Position numbers and translations under genes: made by a program
Shown: in pieces, positions 1 to 8,718 of the stretch
Position numbering within the stretch: the stretch's first letter is position 1
How the letters are laid out: each line of letters opens with the position of its first letter
The notes under the pieces: model-generated
Databases searched by the model: none
What the model was told of the DNA's origin: nothing
The model's input: the letters and a program-made list of their open reading frames with translations, nothing else
Assembly (NCBI GenBank): GCA_963742735.1
Contig: CAVUMN010000004.1
Coordinates: 128,001-192,000 of the forward strand
DNA: 64,000 nucleotides
Source: an uncultured Actinomycetes bacterium
GTDB taxonomy: Bacteria; Actinomycetota; UBA4738; JBBDTT01
Direction of reading: 5' to 3'

Positions 1-345
1 GTCAGGGCTCGCTTCACTCGGGCGGGATTCGGACGGGTGCTACTTTCGCCCGCGACCGGCCCGAGTCCTGCGGCAGCGTCAATCAGGGACGCGAGATATG
101 GCCCCTACGGACCATCTTCAAAATGGGCAATGCGGGGGCTTCCCGACATCGCGGCCGATGCCTAGCGTTAGCGGCGCAGAACCAGCCAGCCCGGGCGGCC
201 CATGAGGCGCCCACGACCGGAAAGGAGGCACTCGCGGCAGGCGGCGTTGCTCGCCGCGTTCCCATCCCATCGAATCCGCGCCGACCTCAGCGCCCCCCCT
301 TCGGGAACCCGCCGAGGTCGGGTCCCCGCTTGGAGGCAACACCCA

Positions 346-1026
346 ATGAAACGAGTCGCGCGGGCGGTGGCCCTTTCCCTGGTGGCGCTGGTGGCGCTGC
401 CGACCTGGGCTCACGCGCAGTCGGTTCCGGACGTCCCGGACCCCTCGGCCATCATCCAGATCATCCAGGACCGCCTCGAGGGCCTGGGCGCTCCCGACCT
501 GACGAGCATCCTCGGCGACGAGATCGTGGTCGACACGGGCCAGCTCGGCATCCCGGCCGAGGTCCCGGTCAGCGTGCGGATCAACATCGAGATGCTCCCG
601 CTGGCCCTGATGTCGACGATCCCGAGGGCGCCCGACGTGGGCAGCCTCTTCGATCTCGGCCTGCCGGGCCTTCCCGGCACGGGCGAGGACGGTGAGTGCA
701 GCCTGGTGGACCAGGTGGTCGACCAGGTGCCGGGCGTGGTCATCCGTATCTGCATCAGCATGGGACGGATGCCGGAGGGGATCCCGGAGCTGCCGGGCCT
801 TCCGGGAACCCCCGGGCTCCCTGAGCTCCCCGGCGTTCCCGAGCTCCCGGGCGTCCCCGGCCTTCCGGGCCTGCCGGGCCTTCCGGGCCTGCCCGGCGTG
901 CCGAACGTCGACCCGACGGATCCGGTCGGCACGGTCACCGGTGTCGTGGACGACGTCACCGGCGGCGGCCTGCCCCAGCCGATCCAGGGCGTCATCGACA
1001 CGGTGACGGGCATCCTCGGCCTGTAA
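346..1026 (+). CDS. Secreted Pro/Gly-rich repeat protein
   Basis: GGAGG RBS before ATG 346; signal peptide MKRVARAVALSLVALVALPTWAHA; (G/E)-x-P triplet repeats. Confidence 0.8.
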   Translation: MKRVARAVALSLVALVALPTWAHAQSVPDVPDPSAIIQIIQDRLEGLGAPDLTSILGDEIVVDTGQLGIPAEVPVSVRINIEMLPLALMSTIPRAPDVGSLFDLGLPGLPGTGEDGECSLVDQVVDQVPGVVIRICISMGRMPEGIPELPGLPGTPGLPELPGVPELPGVPGLPGLPGLPGLPGVPNVDPTDPVGTVTGVVDDVTGGGLPQPIQGVIDTVTGILGL

Positions 1027-1047
1027 CCGAACCACGCGGCGAACGGC

Positions 1048-1072
1048 GGCGGCGTCCCGAGGGGGCGCCGCC
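1048..1072 (+). terminator. GC-rich hairpin after secreted protein gene
   Basis: GGCGGCGTCCC-GAG-GGGGCGCCGCC stem just after the stop; no U-tract. Confidence 0.5.
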
Positions 1073-1125
1073 ACCGCGTCGGGCCCCGAACGGCGCTTGT
1101 TTCGGGAACGCCGTACGCTCGCTTC

Positions 1126-1545
1126 GTGACCGATTGGAACCGGGGCATCATCGAGGAGTTCCGCGAGAACGAGGGTCGGGTCGGCGGCCCGTTCCAGGGA
1201 CGCCCGCTGCTCCTGCTACACCACCGAGGGGCGAGGACCGGTACCGAGCGCGTGAACCCTCTCGCCTACCTGAAGGTCGGCGACGCGTACGCGGTGTTCG
1301 CATCGAAGGGCGGCGCACCGACGAACCCGGACTGGTACCACAACCTGATCGCGAACCCCCGAGCCCGCATCGAGGCGGGCACCGAGACGCACGACGTGAT
1401 CGCGCGCGCCGCGGAAGGCGAGGAGCGCGAGCGGATCTGGGAGGCCATCAAGCGCGAGGCCCCGGCGTTCGCGAGCTACGAGCAGCGAACGGCCCGCGTG
1501 ATCCCGGTGATCGTCCTGGAGCCCGTGGGCGTCGAAGCCTCCTAG
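1126..1545 (+). CDS. F420-dependent nitroreductase (Ddn/FDOR-A family)
   Basis: IIEEFRENEGRVGGPF, LLLHHRGARTG, ASKGGAPTNPDWYHNL motifs. Confidence 0.92.
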   Translation: MTDWNRGIIEEFRENEGRVGGPFQGRPLLLLHHRGARTGTERVNPLAYLKVGDAYAVFASKGGAPTNPDWYHNLIANPRARIEAGTETHDVIARAAEGEERERIWEAIKREAPAFASYEQRTARVIPVIVLEPVGVEAS

Positions 1546-1615
1546 CCATCCCTCAGGTCTCGGGTCTGGAGCCGGGCATGGACCCCCTCTACACTCTCGA
1601 CGCGAAGGAGGTCCG

Positions 1616-2230
1616 ATGGGCATCGTCAAGTTCGACATCTCCATGTCCCTCGACGGGTTCATCGCGGGGCCGAACGACGGCCCGGAGCTGGGCCTCGGCG
1701 AAGGCGGCGAAGCGCTTCACGAGTGGATCTACGACCTGGTCAGCTGGCGCGAGCCGCACCAGCTTGAGGGCGGCCACGGCGGGCCGGATTCCGACCTGGT
1801 GGCCGAGGCTTCCGAGAACATCGGCGCGGCGGTGATGGGCCGCAAGATGTTCGACAACGCGATCGACGCGTGGGGCGAGGAGCCCCCGTTCCACGGACCC
1901 GTCTTCGTCCTCACCCATCGCGGCCAGGATCCGGTCGAGCGGATCGGCACGACGTTCACGTTCGTCACCGAGGGGCCCGAGCGCGCCATGGAGCTCGCGA
2001 AGGAGGCCGCCGGCGATCAGGACGTCGCCATCTCCGGCGGCGCCGATGTAGCCCAGCAGTACCTGCGCCTAGGCATGGTCGACACCGCTCAGGTACACAT
2101 CGTGCCGATCCTGCTCGGCGGAGGCCGACGCATGTTCGAGAAGCTCGACGGCGTCGGCCTCGAGCAGGACCGAGTGGTCGAAGGCGACGGGGTCACCCAC
2201 ATCCGCTACCGCGCGGGGCTGTCCGGGTGA
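1616..2230 (+). CDS. Dihydrofolate reductase-like (RibD C-terminal domain) protein
   Basis: SMSLDGFIAG, MGRKMF, SGGA, PILLGGGRRMF. Confidence 0.92.
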   Translation: MGIVKFDISMSLDGFIAGPNDGPELGLGEGGEALHEWIYDLVSWREPHQLEGGHGGPDSDLVAEASENIGAAVMGRKMFDNAIDAWGEEPPFHGPVFVLTHRGQDPVERIGTTFTFVTEGPERAMELAKEAAGDQDVAISGGADVAQQYLRLGMVDTAQVHIVPILLGGGRRMFEKLDGVGLEQDRVVEGDGVTHIRYRAGLSG

Positions 2231-2712
2231 GCTCACCCGAACGACTCCGCGAGCTGGCGCTCTCCATCCTCGACGCGAACACGTACGTGGTCCTCGGGAC
2301 GGCGGGGGCCGACGGCGCGCCGTGGGTGTCGCCCGTATGGTTCGCGGCCGCCGGACCGCGCGAGCTGTTCTGGGTGTCGTCGCCGGAGACGCGGCACTCT
2401 CGGAACATCGCCGAGCGGCCCGAGGTGAGCGCGGCGATCTTCGACTCGCGCCAGCCGATCGGGACCGGCGAGGGGCTGTACGTACAGGGCGTGGCGGCCC
2501 AGGTGACGGGGCCAGACCTCGAGCACGGCCTCGAGGTCTTCTCGACGGAGGCGGTCGCCCAGGGCGGGCGCCGATGGACATCCGAGGACGTGACCGGGTC
2601 GGCGTTGCACCGGCTGTACCGGCTGCGAGCCGAGACCCACTGGGTGCTCGACCCGGACGGGAACCCGGCGCATGGAGGACGGCTCGATTTCCGCGTGAAG
2701 GTCGAGCTCTGA
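2227..2712 (+). CDS. Pyridoxamine 5'-phosphate oxidase-like flavin/F420-binding protein
   Basis: GTGA overlap with upstream stop; LGTAGADGAPWVSPVWF, SRNIAERPEVS. Confidence 0.88.
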   Translation: MSSPERLRELALSILDANTYVVLGTAGADGAPWVSPVWFAAAGPRELFWVSSPETRHSRNIAERPEVSAAIFDSRQPIGTGEGLYVQGVAAQVTGPDLEHGLEVFSTEAVAQGGRRWTSEDVTGSALHRLYRLRAETHWVLDPDGNPAHGGRLDFRVKVEL

Positions 2713-2748
2713 GCGGACGGAATCGAAGCAGGGAGAATAGGTACCATG

Positions 2749-2821
2749 GCCCTCGTAGCTCAGTGGATAGAGCAACGGTTTCCTAAACCGTGTGTCGGAG
2801 GTTCGATTCCTCCCGGGGGCA
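2749..2821 (+). tRNA. tRNA-Arg (CCT)
   Basis: Acceptor GCCCTCG/CGGGGGC-A, D arm AGCTCAGTGGATAGAGC, anticodon arm ACGGT-TTCCTAA-ACCGT, T loop GGTTCGATTCC; CCA not encoded. Confidence 0.97.
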
Positions 2822-2883
2822 CGGGCTTTGGCACCCTTGCGCACCGTTGAGCTCGTCGGAAGGGCCGTCACAGGATCGCAATT

Positions 2884-4119
2884 TCAGCTCGCCAGCCGGA
2901 GGACCTTGAACGTGGGGATCGGCCTGCTGAACCCCTTCAGCTGGACGTCGGGCATGGGCTCGATGACGGCCCGGCCCTCGACCGCGGCGTGCACCCGCTG
3001 GCTAATGAGGATCTCGCCCGGTCCGGCGACGTCGCTCAGGCGCGCCGCCAGGTTCACGCAGTTGCCGATCGCCGCGTAGTCGTAGCGCCCCTCGAACCCG
3101 ATGCGGCCGAGCGTGGCGTAGCCCGTGGCGATCCCGACGCCCAGCCCGAGGACGTAGCCGCGGCGCTCCCAGTCGGCGGCGAGCGGGCCGAAGCGCTCCC
3201 GCATCTGAACGCCGGTACTCACGGCCGCGGCCGCGTGCTCCAGATCGGGGACCGGATCGTTGAAGAACGCCATGAGCCCGTCGCCTGCGAAATGCTCAAG
3301 GGTTCCCCCGTTCGCGACGATGACCTCCCCCACCGCCGTGTGGTACTGGCGAAGGACGCCGAGCACCTCCTCGGGCTCAGCGGTTTCGGCGAAGGCGGTG
3401 AAGCCGCGAAGGTCGCTGAACAGAACGGTGATCTCGCGGCGGTGCCCGGCCAGGAGCGACTCGCCCTCGTCGCTGGACAGCAGCGCCGCGACTTGCGGCG
3501 CGAACCGTGCCAGCTCGGTCCGCTGGCGTTCCACGGTCTGGTAGAGGCGAACCTGCTCGATGGCCACGGTGACCTGATCGGCGAACGTCTGCAGCAGCCC
3601 GATCTCCGCGGCGCTGAAGGGACGAACCTCGTTGCGGCCGATGGCCAAGGCGCCGAGCGCCACACCGTCGCGGAGCATGGGAACGGCGAGCGCCGTTCGA
3701 TAGCCGCCGGCCTGCTGGAGATGCCCCGCGGTGTACTCGGCGTCCGACACCACGTCCTCGATGTGGACGACGTCTTGCGTGGTCACGGTCCGGCCGATGA
3801 CGGTGGTCCGGTCCGCGGTGTAGACGTGGTCGCGGGCAAGCCGTTGGTACTCCGGCGAGAAGCTCTTGAACGCACGGGCCCGGAAGACGTCTCCGTCGCG
3901 AAGGGCGAGGTTCCCGGAGTCGCCGTGGCACAGCCGGACCGCGCCCTCGACCACCGCATCCAGGACGAGTTGGAGGTCGAAGGCCGACCGGGCGATCGTC
4001 TGCATGACGTCGCGGACGGCCGCCTCGCGCTCCTCGGCACGACGGAGCTCGTCTCGCAGACCCGCCGCCTCCTCCTGAGCATCCACGAACCTGAAGTCTG
4101 AACCATCACCGTTCTCCAC
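2884..4119 (-). CDS. GAF-domain class III adenylate/guanylate cyclase
   Basis: GAF (YRTALAVPML...PFSAAEIGLLQTFADQ) plus FSDLRGFT, FAGDG, DYAAIGNCVNLAARL. Confidence 0.93.
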   Translation of the reverse strand: MENGDGSDFRFVDAQEEAAGLRDELRRAEEREAAVRDVMQTIARSAFDLQLVLDAVVEGAVRLCHGDSGNLALRDGDVFRARAFKSFSPEYQRLARDHVYTADRTTVIGRTVTTQDVVHIEDVVSDAEYTAGHLQQAGGYRTALAVPMLRDGVALGALAIGRNEVRPFSAAEIGLLQTFADQVTVAIEQVRLYQTVERQRTELARFAPQVAALLSSDEGESLLAGHRREITVLFSDLRGFTAFAETAEPEEVLGVLRQYHTAVGEVIVANGGTLEHFAGDGLMAFFNDPVPDLEHAAAAVSTGVQMRERFGPLAADWERRGYVLGLGVGIATGYATLGRIGFEGRYDYAAIGNCVNLAARLSDVAGPGEILISQRVHAAVEGRAVIEPMPDVQLKGFSRPIPTFKVLRLAS

Positions 4120-4198
4120 ACCTCCCTCCCTGCAGCTCAGGCTCGGCTGAGGACCTGCTCAGGGGCGGGGGGGAAGCGGCGGGCCCAGGATCGAACGT

Positions 4199-4228
4199 GA
4201 AGACGTCGAAGGTGTAGGTAGCGGTCAT
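4199..4228 (-). pseudogene. 5' remnant of a DHFR-like gene (MTATYTFDVF)
   Basis: ATG with upstream GAGGTG; first 10 codons resemble an actinobacterial RibD_C N-terminus I recall as MTATYTFDVFSSLDG, then similarity stops. Confidence 0.5.
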
Positions 4229-4257
4229 GAGGTCAGACCACCGCCCGCACACCTCTG

Positions 4258-4863
4258 TCAGGTTGAATACTTCGGGCGCCCGGTGGGCCGGTAGACCTGG
4301 ATCGTTGTCCCATTCGGGAAGGTTCGCGAATCGACCAGTTCGAGCGCTACGTCTGGGCCTGTATCGGGGAACAGTCGCGTGCCCTGGCCGATTACCACGG
4401 GATAGGTGATCAGGGTGATCTCGTCGACAAGCTCGTTGTCGAGTAGCCAGCGGATCAGAGCGCCGCTGCCGTGGACCTGCAGTTCACCTGCCGGCTTGGC
4501 TTTCAGTTCGCCGATGGCCGCCACGACGTCTCCGGAGAGGACGGTCGTGTCCGCCCATTGTGGGTCGGTGAGCGTGGTCGATGCCACGTACTTGGGCGTC
4601 TCGTTCAACGCCACGCCGATGGGGTGGGCGCGCATATCTGCGATTGCTCCCCAAGAGCTGGCGAAGATCTCGTAGGTCCGCCGGCCGAACAGGAACGCTT
4701 CGGCGCGCTGGTAGACCTGCTCGAGAAACGTCGCGGCCGCGCCCTCGAACAGCGGCAGAGCCCATCCGCCGCGCTCGAATCCCTCCCTGCGGTCCTCATC
4801 AGACCCGCCGAGTCCCTGCATGACGCCGTCGACGGAGACGTGCGTGACAGTCGTCAGTTTCAT
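4258..4863 (-). CDS. Dihydrofolate reductase-like (RibD_C) protein
   Basis: MKLTTVTHVSVDGVMQG, FGRRTYE, VHGSGAL, YPVVIGQGTRLF; ATGA overlap with cyclase stop. Confidence 0.92.
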   Translation of the reverse strand: MKLTTVTHVSVDGVMQGLGGSDEDRREGFERGGWALPLFEGAAATFLEQVYQRAEAFLFGRRTYEIFASSWGAIADMRAHPIGVALNETPKYVASTTLTDPQWADTTVLSGDVVAAIGELKAKPAGELQVHGSGALIRWLLDNELVDEITLITYPVVIGQGTRLFPDTGPDVALELVDSRTFPNGTTIQVYRPTGRPKYST

Positions 4864-6113
4864 GGGTTCGCCCCTGTCTCTCGTAGTGGTCGGTTCAGGC
4901 CGATCTCGGACCGCGACCCGACGAGGTACCACGTCTCCATCGGGCCCTTGCCCTTGACCGAGATCGTGCCTCGCGGCGAGCAGACGAACTCGTCCTTCAG
5001 CAGCTCATAGGTCGCGCGCGTGATCTGGATCTCGCCCGGCGTGCTGTTGGACTCCATGCGGCTCGCGATGTTCACCGCGTCGCCCCACAGGTCGTAGAGG
5101 AAGCGCTTCGTACCGATCACGCCGGCGACGACCGGCCCGGAGTTGATCCCGATCCTCAGCTCCAGACCGAGCCGGCGTGCGATGGGCGACTCCGCCAACG
5201 CGCCTCGCATGTCGAGCGCTAGGAGCGCGGCCTTGCGTGCGTGATCCGGGCCGGGATCCGGAACGCCGGCCGCCGCCATGTAGCAATCGCCGATCGTCTT
5301 GATCTTCTCCAACCCGTGCCGCTCGACGAGTGTGTCGAACTGAGAGAACAGTTGATCGAGGATCCCGACCACCTCCGTCGGCGCGAGGCTTCCGGCGAGC
5401 GGCGTGAAGTCGACGACGTCGGCGAACACGATGGAGGCCGCCTCGAAGTGGTCCGCGATCGACTGGGACGCGTCCTTCAGTCTCTCCGCGATCGAGCTGG
5501 GAAGGACGTTGAGCAGCAGCGCTTCAGCCTTCGCCTGCTCGGCCCGGAGCGCCGCCAGCGCCGCGTTGCGCTGGGTGGCGAACGACGCCAGGAGCATGAA
5601 CGCCACGGAGCCGGCTCCGATGACGTTCAAGGCGAGCATCGTGGTCGTGAACCAGGACGGAAGGTCGGCGGCCGGGAACAGCAGCTCGCCGAGGACGCCC
5701 GTCACGACGAAGACGAACACGAAGGTGACGAACCATCGCACCGCCTGCCGCACCTCGAGGAACACGAGCGCTCCGAGGGGAGCGAGGATCCCCCATAGCC
5801 CGACGCCGCCCGAGGGAAGGAATCCGCCGATGAGCATCTGTCCGGTCGTGGTCGTCAGCAGAACATCGAGGAGCTGCACGACGAGCAGGAACCGGAAGCT
5901 CCCGGTTCGCGCGAACACCGTCAGCGATCCGATCGAGATGGCGAAGTAGATGAACGGAACGATGCCGACCGGCGACCCGAACGCCAGGTACAGGCTGCCC
6001 CAGACGACGGAGACGGGCAGGATCAGGACCGCGAGCCGGACGAGGAGCCGCTTCCTCTGACGCAGATCCTCGTCGTCGCCCGGATCCGCCTCCCGCACCT
6101 CCACGCCGCGCAT
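4860..6113 (-). CDS. Membrane-anchored (about 6 TM) class III adenylate cyclase, Rv1625c-like
   Basis: Hydrophobic N-half; FADVVDFT, EKIKTIGDCYM, YDLWGDAVNIASRMES. Confidence 0.92.
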   Translation of the reverse strand: MRGVEVREADPGDDEDLRQRKRLLVRLAVLILPVSVVWGSLYLAFGSPVGIVPFIYFAISIGSLTVFARTGSFRFLLVVQLLDVLLTTTTGQMLIGGFLPSGGVGLWGILAPLGALVFLEVRQAVRWFVTFVFVFVVTGVLGELLFPAADLPSWFTTTMLALNVIGAGSVAFMLLASFATQRNAALAALRAEQAKAEALLLNVLPSSIAERLKDASQSIADHFEAASIVFADVVDFTPLAGSLAPTEVVGILDQLFSQFDTLVERHGLEKIKTIGDCYMAAAGVPDPGPDHARKAALLALDMRGALAESPIARRLGLELRIGINSGPVVAGVIGTKRFLYDLWGDAVNIASRMESNSTPGEIQITRATYELLKDEFVCSPRGTISVKGKGPMETWYLVGSRSEIGLNRPLRETGANP

Positions 6114-6167
6114 CTTCACCGGTGCCGCGGGACACCACAAATGAGCCCGACGCGGGAGGATGCACCC

Positions 6168-7004
6168 ATGCGTGCCGACGAACCCTCTCCCGCCCGGTCT
6201 CGATGGCCGCGCCTCGAAGGCAAGACGGCGGTGATCGTCGGGGCCGGACAGACCCCCGGAGCCACGATCGGCAACGGACGTGCCACCGCGCTGCGGTTCG
6301 CCGAAGAAGGGGCGCACCTGCTGCTCGTCGACCGGGACGACGCCTCCGTCAACGAGACGCGGGCGATGATCCTCGAGGCGGGAGGCCGGGCCGAAGTCTG
6401 CGTGGTGGACATCGCCGGATCCGACGGGCCGGGTGAGGTTCGTTCGCGGGCGCTGGAGGTCCTCGGGCGCATCAACATCCTCCACCACAACGTGGGCATC
6501 GGCGCGGGGGACAACACCCCCACGAAGCTCACCGAGGAGGCGTGGGACCGGATCATCGACGTGAACCTCAAGGCCATGTGGCGGATGTGCAAGGAGATCG
6601 TCCCGGTCATGCGCGAGCAGAACGGCGGGGTCATCGTGTGCGTCTCGTCGCTCGCCTCGGTCGCGTCGGCCGGCTCCATCACCGCGTACAAGATCTCGAA
6701 GGCCGGCGTGAACGCCCTGGTGCACTCGCTGGCGATCACGAACGCGCGATACGGCATCCGGGTCAACGCGATCCTGCCCGGGTTCATCGACACCCCCATG
6801 GCCGTCGACGCGCCGGCCGCGGCCTTCGGCGTGTCCCGCGAGGAGTACGCGGGCGGGCGCGACGCGATGGTGCCTCTGCGGAACCAGCAGGGCCGCGCCT
6901 GGGACGTCGCGAACGCCGCGCTGTTCCTCGCCTCGGACGAGGCCGCGTTCATCACCGGCGCGCTCCTGCCGGTCGACGGCGGGCAGAGCGCGAAGGTGGG
7001 CTAG
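6168..7004 (+). CDS. SDR family oxidoreductase
   Basis: GAGQTPGATIGNG, HNVGI, YKISK (YxxxK), NAILPG. Confidence 0.92.
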   Translation: MRADEPSPARSRWPRLEGKTAVIVGAGQTPGATIGNGRATALRFAEEGAHLLLVDRDDASVNETRAMILEAGGRAEVCVVDIAGSDGPGEVRSRALEVLGRINILHHNVGIGAGDNTPTKLTEEAWDRIIDVNLKAMWRMCKEIVPVMREQNGGVIVCVSSLASVASAGSITAYKISKAGVNALVHSLAITNARYGIRVNAILPGFIDTPMAVDAPAAAFGVSREEYAGGRDAMVPLRNQQGRAWDVANAALFLASDEAAFITGALLPVDGGQSAKVG

Positions 7005-7555
7005 CGGGGCTTCGGGAGCTCCGGGAGCCCGGGCTCCGGCTCCACGCCCAGGGAATTCAGGGTGAACGCCACCAGGTGGTACTGCCCGACCACCATGCAC
7101 ACCTCGATCAGCTGCCGGTAGTCGTAGAACGCGGCGAGCGCCTGCCAGGTCTCCTCGGAGATCACGGACTCCGCGTGGAGCTCGTCGGCGGCGTCGAGCA
7201 AGGCGATCTCGTTCTCGGACCATCCTTCGCGCTCGTCACCGGCGAGCCGCTCGATCTCGTCCTGCGTCAGCCCGGCGTGCAGCCCCAGGCCCACGTGCTG
7301 TCCCCACTCGTACTCGGCGCCGCACCGCACGGCGGTGCGCAGGATGAGGAGCTCGCGGTCGCGGGCGGGCAACGCTCCCGCGAACAGCAGGGTTCCGCCG
7401 AAGGCCGACCATCGCTTCAGCAGCTTCGGGTGATGGGCAAGCGTCGCGAACAGGTTCATCTCGGTGCCGTCGGGCCGCCGGAACATGCTCGCGAGAATCT
7501 CCTCGGTTCGCTCGTCTCGTTCGCCGGGGCGTGTGGGCGGGATGCGCGGTGTCAT
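7001..7555 (-). CDS. Carboxymuconolactone decarboxylase/AhpD-like protein
   Basis: NLFATLAHHP, RELLILRTA...YEWGQH. Confidence 0.88.
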   Translation of the reverse strand: MTPRIPPTRPGERDERTEEILASMFRRPDGTEMNLFATLAHHPKLLKRWSAFGGTLLFAGALPARDRELLILRTAVRCGAEYEWGQHVGLGLHAGLTQDEIERLAGDEREGWSENEIALLDAADELHAESVISEETWQALAAFYDYRQLIEVCMVVGQYHLVAFTLNSLGVEPEPGLPELPKPR

Positions 7556-7577
7556 GGACGAAGCATCACACGAGGCG

Positions 7578-8714
7578 TCAGGTCGTCGTCGCCTCGAACA
7601 GCTCCCATTCGCCCGGGATGCCTCGCAGCCCGACCGATCCCAGCGCCGCGAAGGCGAGGTCGGTACCGGTGGCGAGATCGCGGGACGTCCGCGTCACGAT
7701 GACCCGGCCGTCGCCGGCCTGGCCCAGCCCCCGCGCGGCGATGTGGACCCCGATCCCCCCGATGTCGTCGCCTCGGATCTCGATCTCACCGGTGTGGATC
7801 GCGGCGCGCATGGCGAGGTCGATGCCGGCCAGGGCGTCCCGCAGCCCGAACGCGCACCGGATCGCGCGCGTCGGCGTGTCGAACGTCGCGAGGACCCCGT
7901 CGCCGGTGGTCTTCACCACGCGGCCGCCGAACTGCTCCACCTGCGCCCGCGCGATGCGGTCGTGCCGGTCGAGGAGCTTGCGCCATTGACGGTCGCCGAG
8001 GGATGCGGCCTGCACCGTCGAGTCGACGATGTCCGTGAACAGGACGGTGGCCAGGACCCGGTCCGGGTCCTTCGCCGCCTCATAGGATTCGATGACCTCC
8101 TGGCTCCACGAGAACCTCTCCACGTACGTGCTCGAGGGGGCCTCCTCAGCTCGGTGGTAGGTGAGCAAGGTGACCCCGGAGCCGAACGTGAGGGTGTCCA
8201 CCAGGCGCAGGTGCGTCGTGTCTCGCTCGTCGCGGAACAAACGCTTGCCGCTGCCGAGGATCACCGGGAAGACCATGAGCCGGAGCTCGTCGACGAGGTC
8301 GGCGTCCAGCAGCGCGTTGAGCAGGTCGGCGCTGCCGTAGAGGACGATGTCGCCGCCCGGCTCTTGCTTCAGCTTCGCGATCGCCTCCACGGGGTCCTCG
8401 CTGATGATCGTGGTGTTGCTCCACGAGGACTCCTTCAGGCTGCGGGATACCACGTACTTCTGGATGCCGTTCATGCGATCGGCGAAGCCCTCGTCCCGAG
8501 GGGCCGTCGGCCAGAAGGCGGCGAAGATCTGATACGTCACCCGGCCCAGCAGGATCGCCTCCACGGCGAACACCTCGTCGATCTTGAATCGCTGCTGATC
8601 CTCCGTGGCGTGCGCGAGCGCCCAGGCGTTCTTCCCGTCCGGATGCTCGTCGTGTCCCGGCGCCTGCATGACGCCGTCGAGCGTGACGAACTCGGAGGCG
8701 ATCAGGCGCCGCAT
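7578..8714 (-). CDS. RibD_C/DHFR-like domain fused to class III cyclase domain
   Basis: N-half SEFVTLDGVMQAPG, LGRVTY, YGSADL, FPVILGSGKRLF; C-half LFTDIVDST, VKTTGDG, GIGVHIAAR. Confidence 0.9.
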   Translation of the reverse strand: MRRLIASEFVTLDGVMQAPGHDEHPDGKNAWALAHATEDQQRFKIDEVFAVEAILLGRVTYQIFAAFWPTAPRDEGFADRMNGIQKYVVSRSLKESSWSNTTIISEDPVEAIAKLKQEPGGDIVLYGSADLLNALLDADLVDELRLMVFPVILGSGKRLFRDERDTTHLRLVDTLTFGSGVTLLTYHRAEEAPSSTYVERFSWSQEVIESYEAAKDPDRVLATVLFTDIVDSTVQAASLGDRQWRKLLDRHDRIARAQVEQFGGRVVKTTGDGVLATFDTPTRAIRCAFGLRDALAGIDLAMRAAIHTGEIEIRGDDIGGIGVHIAARGLGQAGDGRVIVTRTSRDLATGTDLAFAALGSVGLRGIPGEWELFEATTT

Positions 8715-8718
8715 GCGC

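Noticed and set aside
60-340. Possible c-di-GMP or c-di-AMP riboswitch upstream of the secreted protein
   Set aside because: Only short fragments (GGGACGC, GGGCAA, GAATCC) resemble the consensus; order and stems do not fit
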